A model generated the notes under the pieces. It saw only the letters and a program-made list of their open reading frames with translations. It was not told where the DNA came from and ran no database searches. Below, in pieces: positions 1-9,391 of a stretch of DNA of 64,000 nt; the first letter of the stretch is position 1, and every line of letters starts with the position of its first letter. The position numbers and the translations under genes were made by a program. Source of the DNA: Nitrospirota bacterium (lineage in GTDB: Bacteria > Nitrospirota > UBA9217); contig CAVWHO010000021.1 of NCBI GenBank assembly GCA_963754875.1, positions 32,001 through 96,000 on the forward strand. The letters are read 5' to 3'.

Positions 1-732
1 ATCTGGAGCACCTATCACGCCGAACTCGAGTCCGTGGTCACTGAACTCGGCCAGTTCGAGATCAATCTCGATGAAGCGGGGCTTCAGCTCGATGAATATC
101 GCCAGAAGATCGACCAGATGGGGCCGATTAATGTCGACGCCCTCCAGGAATACAATGAACACAAGGAGCGATATGATCTCCTTTCCGCGCAGCAGACCGA
201 TATTAATGATTCCATCAATAATCTGAAAGCTACTATCGCCAAGCTGGACGGAGAGACCATTGAACTCTTCACAGAAGCATTCCATTCCATCCAGGAGAAA
301 TTCAAAGAGGTCTTCTCCCTTCTTTTTGAAGGCGGTCGGGCAGAAATCGTCCTCCTGGAGCCGGAAAACATCCTCGAATCCGGAATTGAAATCATTGCCC
401 AGCCGCGCGGGAAAAAGTTCCAGAGCATCACGCTCCTTTCGGGCGGCGAACGGGCGCTCACAGCCATCGCCCTCCTGTTCGCGGCCTTCCTGGTCAAGCC
501 GAGCCCCTTCTGCATGCTTGACGAAGTCGATGCCCCGCTCGATGAGGCTAACGTGACGCGCTTTACGCGCCTTATCCGCGAAATGAGCAGCCGATCTCAG
601 TTCATTACGATCACGCACAACAAACGGACCATGGAGATGGCCGACGCACTTTACGGCATAACGATGGAGGAGCCCGGCTGTTCCCGCGTGATCTCGGCAA
701 AGCTCAGGGAGACTGAGACGGTAATGGCATAA
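1..732 (+). CDS. smc: Chromosome segregation protein SMC, C-terminal part (5' end outside window)
   Basis: GPINVDALQEY, LSGGE signature, PSPFCMLDEVDAPLD Walker B/D-loop, QFITITHNK. Confidence 0.95.
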   Translation: MWSTYHAELESVVTELGQFEINLDEAGLQLDEYRQKIDQMGPINVDALQEYNEHKERYDLLSAQQTDINDSINNLKATIAKLDGETIELFTEAFHSIQEKFKEVFSLLFEGGRAEIVLLEPENILESGIEIIAQPRGKKFQSITLLSGGERALTAIALLFAAFLVKPSPFCMLDEVDAPLDEANVTRFTRLIREMSSRSQFITITHNKRTMEMADALYGITMEEPGCSRVISAKLRETETVMA

Positions 733-829
733 TTCAGTACGGGGTACAAAGTCCACAGTAACGGCGTGTGTGATCTGCACTCTGTACTTTGCACTTCCCT
801 TACTTTATTTCCTGTGTTATGCTCCGTTC

Positions 830-1840
830 ATGCTTTGTCGTAGAAGAGCTATCTTCAAAATACAAACCGTTACAGTGTTTTTCCAGCTGTTATTCCTTTT
901 CTCATGGACGCGCCACTACCCGCTTTTGCCGGACCCACCGACACTCCGACCGAGAAACCACAGCCACTTTCGAAACAAGCGGAGGCATCGGAGGCATTCA
1001 GACGTTTTGAACTCGTCTTCGAACCTGATGCCTACTACACGGATCTCGATCTCATCATCAGCTTGACCAAATCCCCGATCCCGCAGCTCGGAGAAATGAC
1101 GGAATCGGAAATTTACGGCAAACTCCTCTCCCGAGCAGCCTTGCTCCCACAATTTCTCGTACTCGAAGCGAGCATCAATCCCATGCCTTATCTCGGGACC
1201 TACATCAGGGAACACAATGAGCATTTCTATGATGATGCGCAGATATCCGGGAGCCTTAACTGGGTCAAGGCGCTTACTGCCGGTTTCGAGGAACCCTATG
1301 CCGTTTCGCTCTTCGCCGGCAATGTCGTCGGGTTCAGCGTTCCCGGAAGCAGGGAGATCGCGGGAAATGGTTACAGCGGGTACCTCTTCAGCGCGGGCGA
1401 CTACCAGATCAAGGACAACACGCTGATCCATGATCGTTGGATGGAGTTTGAGTGGAAAATGAAGGGCGACTGGAAGTCCCCGGTCAAGAAGCTGAGTTGG
1501 AGCTTTCGCATCGGCAGCCAAGCTACACGATAACCCGGACATCACCGACATCGTATATCTCTCGTTCAGGAGAAGCAGGCTCGATTACAAACCGGAGGGA
1601 TCATCGATTTTCAATAACAGCGGGTTTGAATATACCTATGACATGGACCGCCGCACCTTCTCCGCAATCCGCCATTACTTTTATGTGGATAAGAAGTGGC
1701 CTTTTCAGAACAGACGGATGGCTTTTTCGCTTGCCGTCGGTTTTGTGTGGGAATCGGCGAAAAAATATACCGGTGTGCTTGCCTCGGGCCGGGAAAAAAA
1801 CGACTTCCAATTCATTTTACGGCCCAACATCGAGTTCTAA
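830..1840 (+). CDS. Hypothetical exported/outer-membrane protein, interrupted by probable indels
   Basis: ORF 904-1533 continues in another frame after ...FRIGS as KLHDNPDITDIVYLSFRRSRLDY... to TAA at 1840, ending in FILRPNIEF (terminal Phe). A signal-like MLCRRRAIFKIQTVTVFFQLLFLFSW lies in another frame from 830. Confidence 0.55.
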
Positions 1841-1853
1841 GGGGATCGGGGCG

Positions 1854-3014
1854 TCAATGTCCGGGGGACGATGGGAGGATGATTTGGTCCGGTGTTACAG
1901 CTTCGACGGCTATTGTATTTACCGAATAATTCCCGAGGCCCGACAGGGGCAAGGACGAACCATACTTCTCCCGAAGTTCCGTTTCCCTGTCTTCGACGCA
2001 GACAATCGCCCGGATCCGTCCTTCCTGCTCTAAGACTGTAATGTGATCCGGATCTTTTGAAGCAGTACTCTCATAGGACGTTTCTTGGCGACACAGTTCC
2101 TCCTGGAGCGCCTTATCGAGGGTGGTTTTGATCGTCATGCCGCCCCGGTACAACTCACGTTCCCCGTAGATGTCCGCGAGCAGCTGTTCAAGAATGCGCT
2201 GATAGCAGGGTCTTCCCTTCACGCCGGTAAACGCAGTGAAATCAAATCTGTCTGTCCCCTCTTGCCGCAGTTTCAGCGGCGCAGCGAGGGCCGCCGCATA
2301 CTCCTCCTGGGTAATGAGTTTTGCCTGCTGCATATTAAACAGGACCCGCTCCTGACGCTCCCTCGCTTTTGCGGGCCTTTTAGCCGGGTTGTAGTAGCGC
2401 GGGTTCGGCAACATCCCAGCCAGCAGTGCAGCCTCGCCTATCGTCAGTTCGGAAGCATGTTTATCCAGGTAATACCGGCTGGCCGCTTCAATGCCGTAGA
2501 TGTTTTCTCCCCACTCGACTTCATTCAGGTATATTTCCAGGATCTGGCGTTTCGTCAGTATTTCCTCGGCTTTCCTGGCAAGCACATATTCCCGCAGCTT
2601 GCGGCTGATGGTCTTTTCCTTTGACAGGAACACGTTCTTTATCATCTGCTGCGTGATCGTGCTCCCCCCGCGGGCGAACCTGTGTTTTTGTACATCGAGG
2701 ACCAAGGCGTCCCAGGTAGCTTTATAGTTCACCCCGTGGTGCTCGAAGAAGGTATCGTCCTCGGCCGTGACAACGGCTTTTATGACGATATCGGGAAGTC
2801 CCTTGATAGGGACCCATATCCTGAATTTGCGGTCGAAATACTGGGTCAGGACATTGCCGTCCTTGTCCGACACTTCAGCCGCTGCTGCAGGCCGATAACG
2901 CTTGAGGAAAGCGACGTTGGGCAGATTGGTCAGGGTGGTTGTGACGAAGACAACAATTATTATAAGGACGAAAGCAAAGAGGATTGCAAGCCCAATGACA
3001 AAAAACTTTTTCAT
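1854..3014 (-). CDS. Peptidoglycan transglycosylase (GT51 domain) without transpeptidase domain
   Basis: N-terminal TM; EDDTFFEHHG, GGSTITQQMIKN, RKLRE, KRQILEIYLN motifs; no transpeptidase domain. Confidence 0.85.
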   Translation of the reverse strand: MKKFFVIGLAILFAFVLIIIVVFVTTTLTNLPNVAFLKRYRPAAAAEVSDKDGNVLTQYFDRKFRIWVPIKGLPDIVIKAVVTAEDDTFFEHHGVNYKATWDALVLDVQKHRFARGGSTITQQMIKNVFLSKEKTISRKLREYVLARKAEEILTKRQILEIYLNEVEWGENIYGIEAASRYYLDKHASELTIGEAALLAGMLPNPRYYNPAKRPAKARERQERVLFNMQQAKLITQEEYAAALAAPLKLRQEGTDRFDFTAFTGVKGRPCYQRILEQLLADIYGERELYRGGMTIKTTLDKALQEELCRQETSYESTASKDPDHITVLEQEGRIRAIVCVEDRETELREKYGSSLPLSGLGNYSVNTIAVEAVTPDQIILPSSPGH

Positions 3015-3023
3015 GAGAGAAGT

Positions 3024-3182
3024 CTATTTTTCTTCATCACGTTTGTGTTCGTGAAAATCATTATCCCTTCTACAGAAGGGCCCGGGGCCTTCTCCTCAAC
3101 CCAAGCCGATGCCCTTGTTGATTCTCCTGACAACAAGTACCACAGCCAAAAGAACAATTGTTATCGTTGTAAAATCGGCCAT
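3024..3182 (-). CDS. Small single-pass membrane protein with in-frame UGA, putative selenoprotein (52 aa)
   Basis: GGAG RBS 9 nt before ATG; MADFTTITIVLLAVVLVVRRINKGIGLG-UGA-GEGPGPFCRRDNDFHEHKRDEEK-TAG; TAG lies just upstream of the next gene start (3014). Confidence 0.55.
3065..3080 (-). promoter_or_regulatory. Putative bacterial SECIS hairpin
   Basis: CCCUUC-UGUA-GAAGGG, starting after a 15-nt spacer from the UGA, GU in apical loop. Confidence 0.5.
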
Positions 3183-3244
3183 ACGTAAATACTCCAGCGG
3201 TAAAATGAGGTAATTGGCACAATACACTCTAGAAAAGTTGATGA

Positions 3245-3802
3245 TTATTTCATTGCAATAATGCTCTTAAGAATCTGCACTGTTTGGGGATCCATCCAGT
3301 TACGCGGGCCAATCACCTTGTATCGTACAACCCCCTGGCGGTCAATGATATAGGTTTCTGGAAATTTGTACGTTCCGTAGAGGCCTGCAATGGACCGATC
3401 GGGATCAAGGAGCACGGGTACCTTCAAATTGTTTTGCCGCATAAACGATGTTACGGCGTTCGCACCGCCTTCATCGACGCTTACTGCGAACATCTCGAAG
3501 TCTTTACCCGAAAACTCCGGATAGAGCTTTGCGAGGAGGGGCAGTTCTTCGACGCACGGCGGGCACCAAGTTGCCCAGAAATGAACCATCACAACCTTGC
3601 CCCGGAAATCTGAAAGACTAAAAAACCGTCCGTCCGGAGCGGGAAGCCGGAACTCGGGCGCCTGGTCCCCGTTCGTGATGATCTTATTCCGCAGAGGCCT
3701 GTTTTTAACCACATACCCTGCGACAAAAAGGATCACTAAAAAAACCAGAAGAGAGAAAAAAACGACCTGTTTTTTGCTGCGCTTCGCTACGCTGTCACTC
3801 AT
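3245..3802 (-). CDS. TlpA/ResA-family thiol-disulfide oxidoreductase
   Basis: N-terminal TM, FWATWCPPCVEE, FPETYIID. Confidence 0.92.
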   Translation of the reverse strand: MSDSVAKRSKKQVVFFSLLVFLVILFVAGYVVKNRPLRNKIITNGDQAPEFRLPAPDGRFFSLSDFRGKVVMVHFWATWCPPCVEELPLLAKLYPEFSGKDFEMFAVSVDEGGANAVTSFMRQNNLKVPVLLDPDRSIAGLYGTYKFPETYIIDRQGVVRYKVIGPRNWMDPQTVQILKSIIAMK

Positions 3803-4009
3803 GGCACTCGGCCCCTACCAATAAAAATTATTTGCTATTATACGGGTTCTCCCTTCCAGGCGCAAGAACAAATCCGTCAGGGGGAGCGGCGGGTTACCCA
3901 GGAAACGATTGCGAAATACCCCGATACCGACCATGCCGCAGCGCTCCCGATAGTGATCCCAACAATGAGGTTTTCTTTTTATTAATCACGACTGTCGTAC
4001 TTTTTTGAT

Positions 4010-4037
4010 TTGAAAAAACAGGGCAGTTTGTTATAAT
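4010..4037 (+). promoter_or_regulatory. Sigma70-type promoter, probably leaderless transcript
   Basis: TTGAAA-16-TATAAT with TG extension; ATG 8 nt downstream, no SD. Confidence 0.55.
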
Positions 4038-4045
4038 GAAGCGAT

Positions 4046-5866
4046 ATGATTAGCGAAATTAAGCTGCACGGGAAAGCTAATGAAAAACTGGATTATTTCG
4101 TTACCATCACCGGCGCAGATTTAAGCAGCCGATACTGTTACGAGTCTCTTCCTGAGGGAGATCGCTTCTTTTCCGGGAGAAATGAGTTCATCATCTACCC
4201 GGATGGAATCAGCTATACCGGGACCGGCGGCAGCCTGTGTGAATACATGTTCGGCGTCGACCTTCCGCTGAAGGACCTTCTGCGGAAGGATGTTTCCAAC
4301 CGTCTCGTCATGTATGGAGCGTTCTATGACAAGTCTGACATCATTACGTTTACCAACAACACTGCGGGCAAAGAATCCTTCGACCACGTTTTTCTTACGG
4401 GCAACGCTGTTTCGAATTACTACTTTTTCTTCCATACGTCCCAAAAAACAGAGATCAAAGACATTCAGCGTGATATCCTGAAGAACATTGGCAAGCAACT
4501 GAAGCGGAGCACAACTGTCGGAGCCGGCAATGATACCCGGCTCTGCAGGGAAGTTTACGAATCTCTTGACGACCCCCGGGCACTCGTATTCCTTTTTCGC
4601 CTGCTCAACCGGCATAACGAAGAATATTTCCGCTCATTCAACAGATTTTATACTGAGCAAAAAACGCTTCTTCCAGAAGCACATGCTTTTCTCGACGACT
4701 TGGCAAAAAAATTCAACATCGTCCCCTACCAGCAGGAACGCATCAAGATCGACGGAATGTACAAACTTCCCGAAAACAAGAAGATCGTCGACGAATACAA
4801 GGACATTCTGATATCCGTATCTGAAAAAAGGCAGGTCAACCCCTCGGAACTTGCTAAGCTCTCCCGACTCCGCACGCTGAGCCTCCGACTCAACATCCCC
4901 CATACGCTTTTTGACACTCTCGACGAGCTTCTTCTCAAGGACACCAATATCGTCGAAGTCGAGGAGCCGGACTACGTGCGGGACAGCCGCGCAATCTTTG
5001 AAGGCCTGTTCTTTCATACCGACAAAATCAAAGGACACATCTCGCAGGAAGACCTCGTTAAGCTCTTAAAGGCCAAACAGAAATCGACCCTCGTCAGAGA
5101 CCAGGCATTCGAAGGCCTTCTGCTCGATACGGTCCGGGCCTGCGATGAACACGCGCGGGACCGCAACGACATGAGCGTTCTCGAAGCAATGAGTTATATT
5201 TTGACGTACTTCGATCGCTATGACAGCACTGCGACAATGATCAACAACCTTGCCTTCATGGAGAACTCGGCGCTGGGTGAAGACAACATACGCAGCATCT
5301 TCGGAAATAAGGAGGTCTTCGATCAGATCAGCCCCGAGCTCTTCCGCGAACTGTTTATCGGCGCGCTCCGGGAAAACCGATACCTGACGCGGTATGGCAG
5401 AAAAAAAGTAGATACGCTCTTTCAGGGGCTCCTGCAGATCAAGACCGGAGATACCACCTATCGCGAGCTTGCCGCTTCCATTTCAAAAATAAACGAAGAC
5501 GACAAAATGTATACTTCCATACACCGTTACATCAAAGACCGGTTCAGGAGCATTTATGCGGAGCTGAATTCAAAGGAAGACCAGGAAATATTCATTCAGG
5601 ACCTGAATCGCGAAATCCAGTCCAAAGAAATTATCCAGGGGCCGGTACCTCACGGCGTGTTCGAAGAAATCATCCTGGATATCAGAAAGGAATCATTTTA
5701 TCTGAACAATCTCCTGCCGCATATCATCGTGTCTCGGGACAATCGGGTGCGCGAAGACTTCCTGATGAACAGCGGTCTCGACCGTTTCTATGTAGAAGAA
5801 CTTGAGAAAGATTATTTTGAAATGAATAAAATCGAAAAAAACATCCTTGAAGAGATAAGAAAGTAA
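4046..5866 (+). CDS. Conserved hypothetical protein (TIGR04442-like)
   Basis: 606-aa ORF; IKLHG start, YQQERIKID, SGLDRFYVEELE recalled from this family. Confidence 0.7.
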   Translation: MISEIKLHGKANEKLDYFVTITGADLSSRYCYESLPEGDRFFSGRNEFIIYPDGISYTGTGGSLCEYMFGVDLPLKDLLRKDVSNRLVMYGAFYDKSDIITFTNNTAGKESFDHVFLTGNAVSNYYFFFHTSQKTEIKDIQRDILKNIGKQLKRSTTVGAGNDTRLCREVYESLDDPRALVFLFRLLNRHNEEYFRSFNRFYTEQKTLLPEAHAFLDDLAKKFNIVPYQQERIKIDGMYKLPENKKIVDEYKDILISVSEKRQVNPSELAKLSRLRTLSLRLNIPHTLFDTLDELLLKDTNIVEVEEPDYVRDSRAIFEGLFFHTDKIKGHISQEDLVKLLKAKQKSTLVRDQAFEGLLLDTVRACDEHARDRNDMSVLEAMSYILTYFDRYDSTATMINNLAFMENSALGEDNIRSIFGNKEVFDQISPELFRELFIGALRENRYLTRYGRKKVDTLFQGLLQIKTGDTTYRELAASISKINEDDKMYTSIHRYIKDRFRSIYAELNSKEDQEIFIQDLNREIQSKEIIQGPVPHGVFEEIILDIRKESFYLNNLLPHIIVSRDNRVREDFLMNSGLDRFYVEELEKDYFEMNKIEKNILEEIRK

Positions 5867-5868
5867 CC

Positions 5869-7053
5869 ATGCTCAGAATCAGAATATTGGACCGGTATAT
5901 ACTCTACGAGATGCTCCCGCCGTTCTTCCTGAGCATGGCGGTCCTTCTGCTTGTCCTTTTCCTCGAAAAACTATTCAGGCTGGCGGATCTCGTCGTTTCG
6001 AAGGGCGTCCCCCTGCTGTCTGTTGTACGGCTCCTGGCCTACGCCATGCCCAGTTTCATGGTCATCACCCTTCCCATGTCTCTTGTCGTCGCGTCGCTGA
6101 CCGCTTTTTCCCGCTTGAGTTCCGATTCGGAGATAACCGCCATGAAGGCGTCGCGGGTCAGCTTGTACGGTATGATTCGTCCCGTCTTTATCTTCTCGAT
6201 ATTTACCTTTATCGTTACGGCGTTCACATCGCTTACTCTCGTCCCAGCCGCGAATGAGGCGTTCAAGGTTCATGTATTCAATATGGTTAAGTCAAACGCG
6301 GTAGTCGGAATCGAGCCCGGCGTATTCAGCACGACATTCGACGGCGTGGTTATTTACGTGGACAAAATGGTCTCTCTTGATAACATGGAAGGCGTATTTA
6401 TCTTCGACGAACGGTCGGTCAAAGAACCATACGCCATTGTGGCAAAACACGGCAAACTTTCTGCGGATCCGAAATCGCTCAACGTCACTCTCGCACTGCA
6501 GGACGGATCGATTCACACACCGACGACTGATGACCAGTCGTATTCACTCATTAAATTTGCCTCAGCGCACCTCTTCCTCGATATCAACAGTTCGTTGACT
6601 GGAAAGGGCGATTCCGGCAAAAGCCTCGAGGACATGGGAAGCGGGGAACTGCTCCAGGAAATCAGCAAAGCCCGGCAGGAAGGCAGGCCGACATACCCCT
6701 TTGAAACGGAACTGCATAAGCGGCTCTCGATCCCTTTTGCATGCCTGATCTTCGGTTTGATCGGGGCCCCGCTCGGGATCAGGAAGCATCGATCCGGGAA
6801 ATCAGCAGGCGTCGCTATTGCGCTTCTGGTGTTTCTCGTTTACTATATGATCCTTGGCTCTGCGGCCAATTTAGCACAGACCGGAACAGCGTCACCGTTG
6901 TTGGCGTTCTGGATCCCGAACATTCTCTTGGTAGTTGCCGCCTGGGTCTTCGTCGTCAGAAAAGCCAATGACACAAATTCCATGGTCTGGAACAGGATCA
7001 CGATGATGTACTACAGCGTGAAGGGCCGTTTTAAAAATCCGAGTCTGCCGTAA
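5869..7053 (+). CDS. lptF: LPS export ABC transporter permease LptF
   Basis: ILDRYI start, RLSSDSEITAMKAS, ELHKRLSIPF; tandem with lptG. Confidence 0.88.
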   Translation: MLRIRILDRYILYEMLPPFFLSMAVLLLVLFLEKLFRLADLVVSKGVPLLSVVRLLAYAMPSFMVITLPMSLVVASLTAFSRLSSDSEITAMKASRVSLYGMIRPVFIFSIFTFIVTAFTSLTLVPAANEAFKVHVFNMVKSNAVVGIEPGVFSTTFDGVVIYVDKMVSLDNMEGVFIFDERSVKEPYAIVAKHGKLSADPKSLNVTLALQDGSIHTPTTDDQSYSLIKFASAHLFLDINSSLTGKGDSGKSLEDMGSGELLQEISKARQEGRPTYPFETELHKRLSIPFACLIFGLIGAPLGIRKHRSGKSAGVAIALLVFLVYYMILGSAANLAQTGTASPLLAFWIPNILLVVAAWVFVVRKANDTNSMVWNRITMMYYSVKGRFKNPSLP

Positions 7054-7071
7054 AAAATACATATTTCTCAC

Positions 7072-8157
7072 ATGACACTGCTCAGCAAACATATATTCAG
7101 GGAATTCATCACGCTTGTCGCTGGCGTCTTGGCGGTCATCATCGTCGTGTATCTTTCGGTGGAGTTTTTGCAGAAGGCGGACCGCCTCATCAAATTTCAT
7201 GCGTCGTTTTCACAAGTTGTGCGGTATTTTATTTACAGTATCCCGAGCATGATTTCATTGTCGCTCCCGATGGCTACCCTCATCGCCTCGCTGCTCTCGC
7301 TCGGCAACCTGTCACGCCACAATGAAATCATCGCCATGCGCGCCAGCGGCGTCAGCCTTGCAAGAATCATCATGCCCATGATCGTGGGAGGAGTGCTGCT
7401 CTCCGCCTTGGGTTTCCTCAACACTGAATACGTCATTCCTGTGTATAGTTCTCGCGCCGACTACGTTCGAAACGTAGAGATCGAGAAGAAACAGCAGCGG
7501 GTCATGTTCCAGCAGCACAAGCTTTGGCTCCGCGGACCTGACAACAGTATTGTAAACATCGATCTGGTGTCTCCGAACAGAAATGAAATGATCGGCATCA
7601 ATATCTACAAGCTAAACACGGATTATTCGCTGCGCGAGCGGATCAAGGCTGACAGCCTCCTGTGGGAAAATGGAAACTGGAGGCTTAAGCACAGCCGGAC
7701 ATTTACGGTGGTCGACGATGAAATTCGCTTTCATGTCTCAGACGACGAGATTTTCAATATCGTAGAGAACCCCAACGACCTGGGCACGATCGTCAAGGAT
7801 TCCCAGGAAATGAATTTTCAGGAGTTGTGGGATTACGTTAAGCGGCTCAAATCAAGCGGCTATAAGGCCGCATCATATGAGGTGGACTTATACAATAAAA
7901 TCGCCTTCCCCTTTTCCAGCCTGCTTGTGGTCATGCTGTCGATCCCTTTTTCGATCCATAAAGTTCGGAGCGGCGGTGCGGGCAAAGGGATTGCCATCGC
8001 TGTGGTTATTGCCTTTTTTTATTGGACACTCATGAGCGTTGGAGGATCACTCGGCCGCTCGGGTATGCTTCCCCCCATGGTCGCCGCGTGGTTTGCAAAC
8101 ATCATCTTTGGGTTTGCGGCAATCGTCGTTCTGGTCCGCATACAAAAAACAACATGA
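7072..8157 (+). CDS. lptG: LPS export ABC transporter permease LptG
   Basis: LSRHNEIIAMRASGVS, KIAFPF, AAWFANIIF. Confidence 0.88.
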   Translation: MTLLSKHIFREFITLVAGVLAVIIVVYLSVEFLQKADRLIKFHASFSQVVRYFIYSIPSMISLSLPMATLIASLLSLGNLSRHNEIIAMRASGVSLARIIMPMIVGGVLLSALGFLNTEYVIPVYSSRADYVRNVEIEKKQQRVMFQQHKLWLRGPDNSIVNIDLVSPNRNEMIGINIYKLNTDYSLRERIKADSLLWENGNWRLKHSRTFTVVDDEIRFHVSDDEIFNIVENPNDLGTIVKDSQEMNFQELWDYVKRLKSSGYKAASYEVDLYNKIAFPFSSLLVVMLSIPFSIHKVRSGGAGKGIAIAVVIAFFYWTLMSVGGSLGRSGMLPPMVAAWFANIIFGFAAIVVLVRIQKTT

Positions 8158-8172
8158 TGCAGCCTGTTGTGG

Positions 8173-8205
8173 AAACGCCTGGGGATTCCCGCAGGTCGTT
8201 TTTTT
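8173..8205 (+). terminator. Rho-independent terminator after lptG
   Basis: AAACG-CCTG-GGG-ATT-CCC-G-CAGG-T-CG followed by T7. Confidence 0.6.
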
Positions 8206-8272
8206 GCTCTGCTCCGAACTTCGGTTCAGCAAGCGCTCGCAGCGCTGAATTGCGATCAGTTGGCCAAATACC

Positions 8273-8632
8273 ATGAATAAACTTTTTTTCTCCCACCGCA
8301 TTCTCGATTCTCTTGTTGAAGAAGGCAGAATCAGACTCGATAAGAACATCCTTACGCTCCTGGATGGAGAACAGCTCTCTTTCGAGCTTGAACCTGCGTA
8401 CCGTTTCATTAAAACCGCGGACAACGGCCCCGACCCGCACAACCTTGTCGGCCGGATCAAGTACGAGAAAGAGCTCAAGGCAATGCGTGCCGAATTGTAC
8501 CTGAACTCCGTATTATACCGTGACACAGCCTACGAGGTGGAACCCGGGTTTATCGGCGAAAAAAAGGAGCTCCTGGACAGGCTTTCGGACACCGACCTCC
8601 TTGCCCGGTTTCTGCTGGAGGAACTGTTCTAA
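8273..8632 (+). CDS. Conserved hypothetical protein
   Basis: 119-aa ORF, protein-like composition, in line with downstream genes. Confidence 0.75.
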   Translation: MNKLFFSHRILDSLVEEGRIRLDKNILTLLDGEQLSFELEPAYRFIKTADNGPDPHNLVGRIKYEKELKAMRAELYLNSVLYRDTAYEVEPGFIGEKKELLDRLSDTDLLARFLLEELF

Positions 8633-8636
8633 CATC

Positions 8637-9317
8637 ATGGTTAAACGAATCACAAAAATTTTGCTTGGACTGGCGCTGGTCCCCTTCTGCCTGGGCTATC
8701 TCTGGCAGTTCTTTTCGATGATTTTTTCCATTTCGTACAAACCGCTTACGCCCTACTATTTCGCCGGGGGAGCCATTGCCTATCTGGCGGTCCATGCTCT
8801 GTTCAAAAAGCCGATTCTTGCCTATGTTTTCGGACATGAGCTTACTCATGCATTCTTTGCCATGCTTTTTGGAGGCTCCTTGAAATCATTTCATGCCAGC
8901 GATCGAGGCGGCCGTGTGACCGTGACCAAGTCAAACTTCATCATTACCCTGGCCCCCTACTTTTTCCCTCTCTATACGTTCTTCATCATTGTCCTTTACC
9001 TTATCGCCAGGGCAGCGGCGGCAGGAAGCGCCGCTATCAACACCCTTATCTTCTTCTCGGGTGTAAGTTTCACCTTTCATCTCTTACTCACGTTCCTGTT
9101 TCTCCAGACAGACCAGAATGATATAAAAGAACAAGGGACGGTCTTTTCCTATCCTCTGATTTTCCTGTTCAACATCTTTTTTGCGGCCTTCCTGATCAAC
9201 CTGTACATGGCCGATCATGAGGACTACCTGAGATTTCTTGCAGGTGGTATAATAAAAAGCGCGAATATGATTGCATATGTATTCTCAATGGCATACGGGT
9301 TTATTCAAAAAGCATGA
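8637..9317 (+). CDS. Membrane metallopeptidase, M50B-like
   Basis: Multiple TMs, HELTH zinc motif, LAPYFFP. Confidence 0.7.
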   Translation: MVKRITKILLGLALVPFCLGYLWQFFSMIFSISYKPLTPYYFAGGAIAYLAVHALFKKPILAYVFGHELTHAFFAMLFGGSLKSFHASDRGGRVTVTKSNFIITLAPYFFPLYTFFIIVLYLIARAAAAGSAAINTLIFFSGVSFTFHLLLTFLFLQTDQNDIKEQGTVFSYPLIFLFNIFFAAFLINLYMADHEDYLRFLAGGIIKSANMIAYVFSMAYGFIQKA

Positions 9318-9391
9318 AAAACGAGTCGGACCGCGCAAAACAAGGGGCACGCAGGTCCGCGGATAAGCGTTTTTCGACGAAAGGCAAACGG

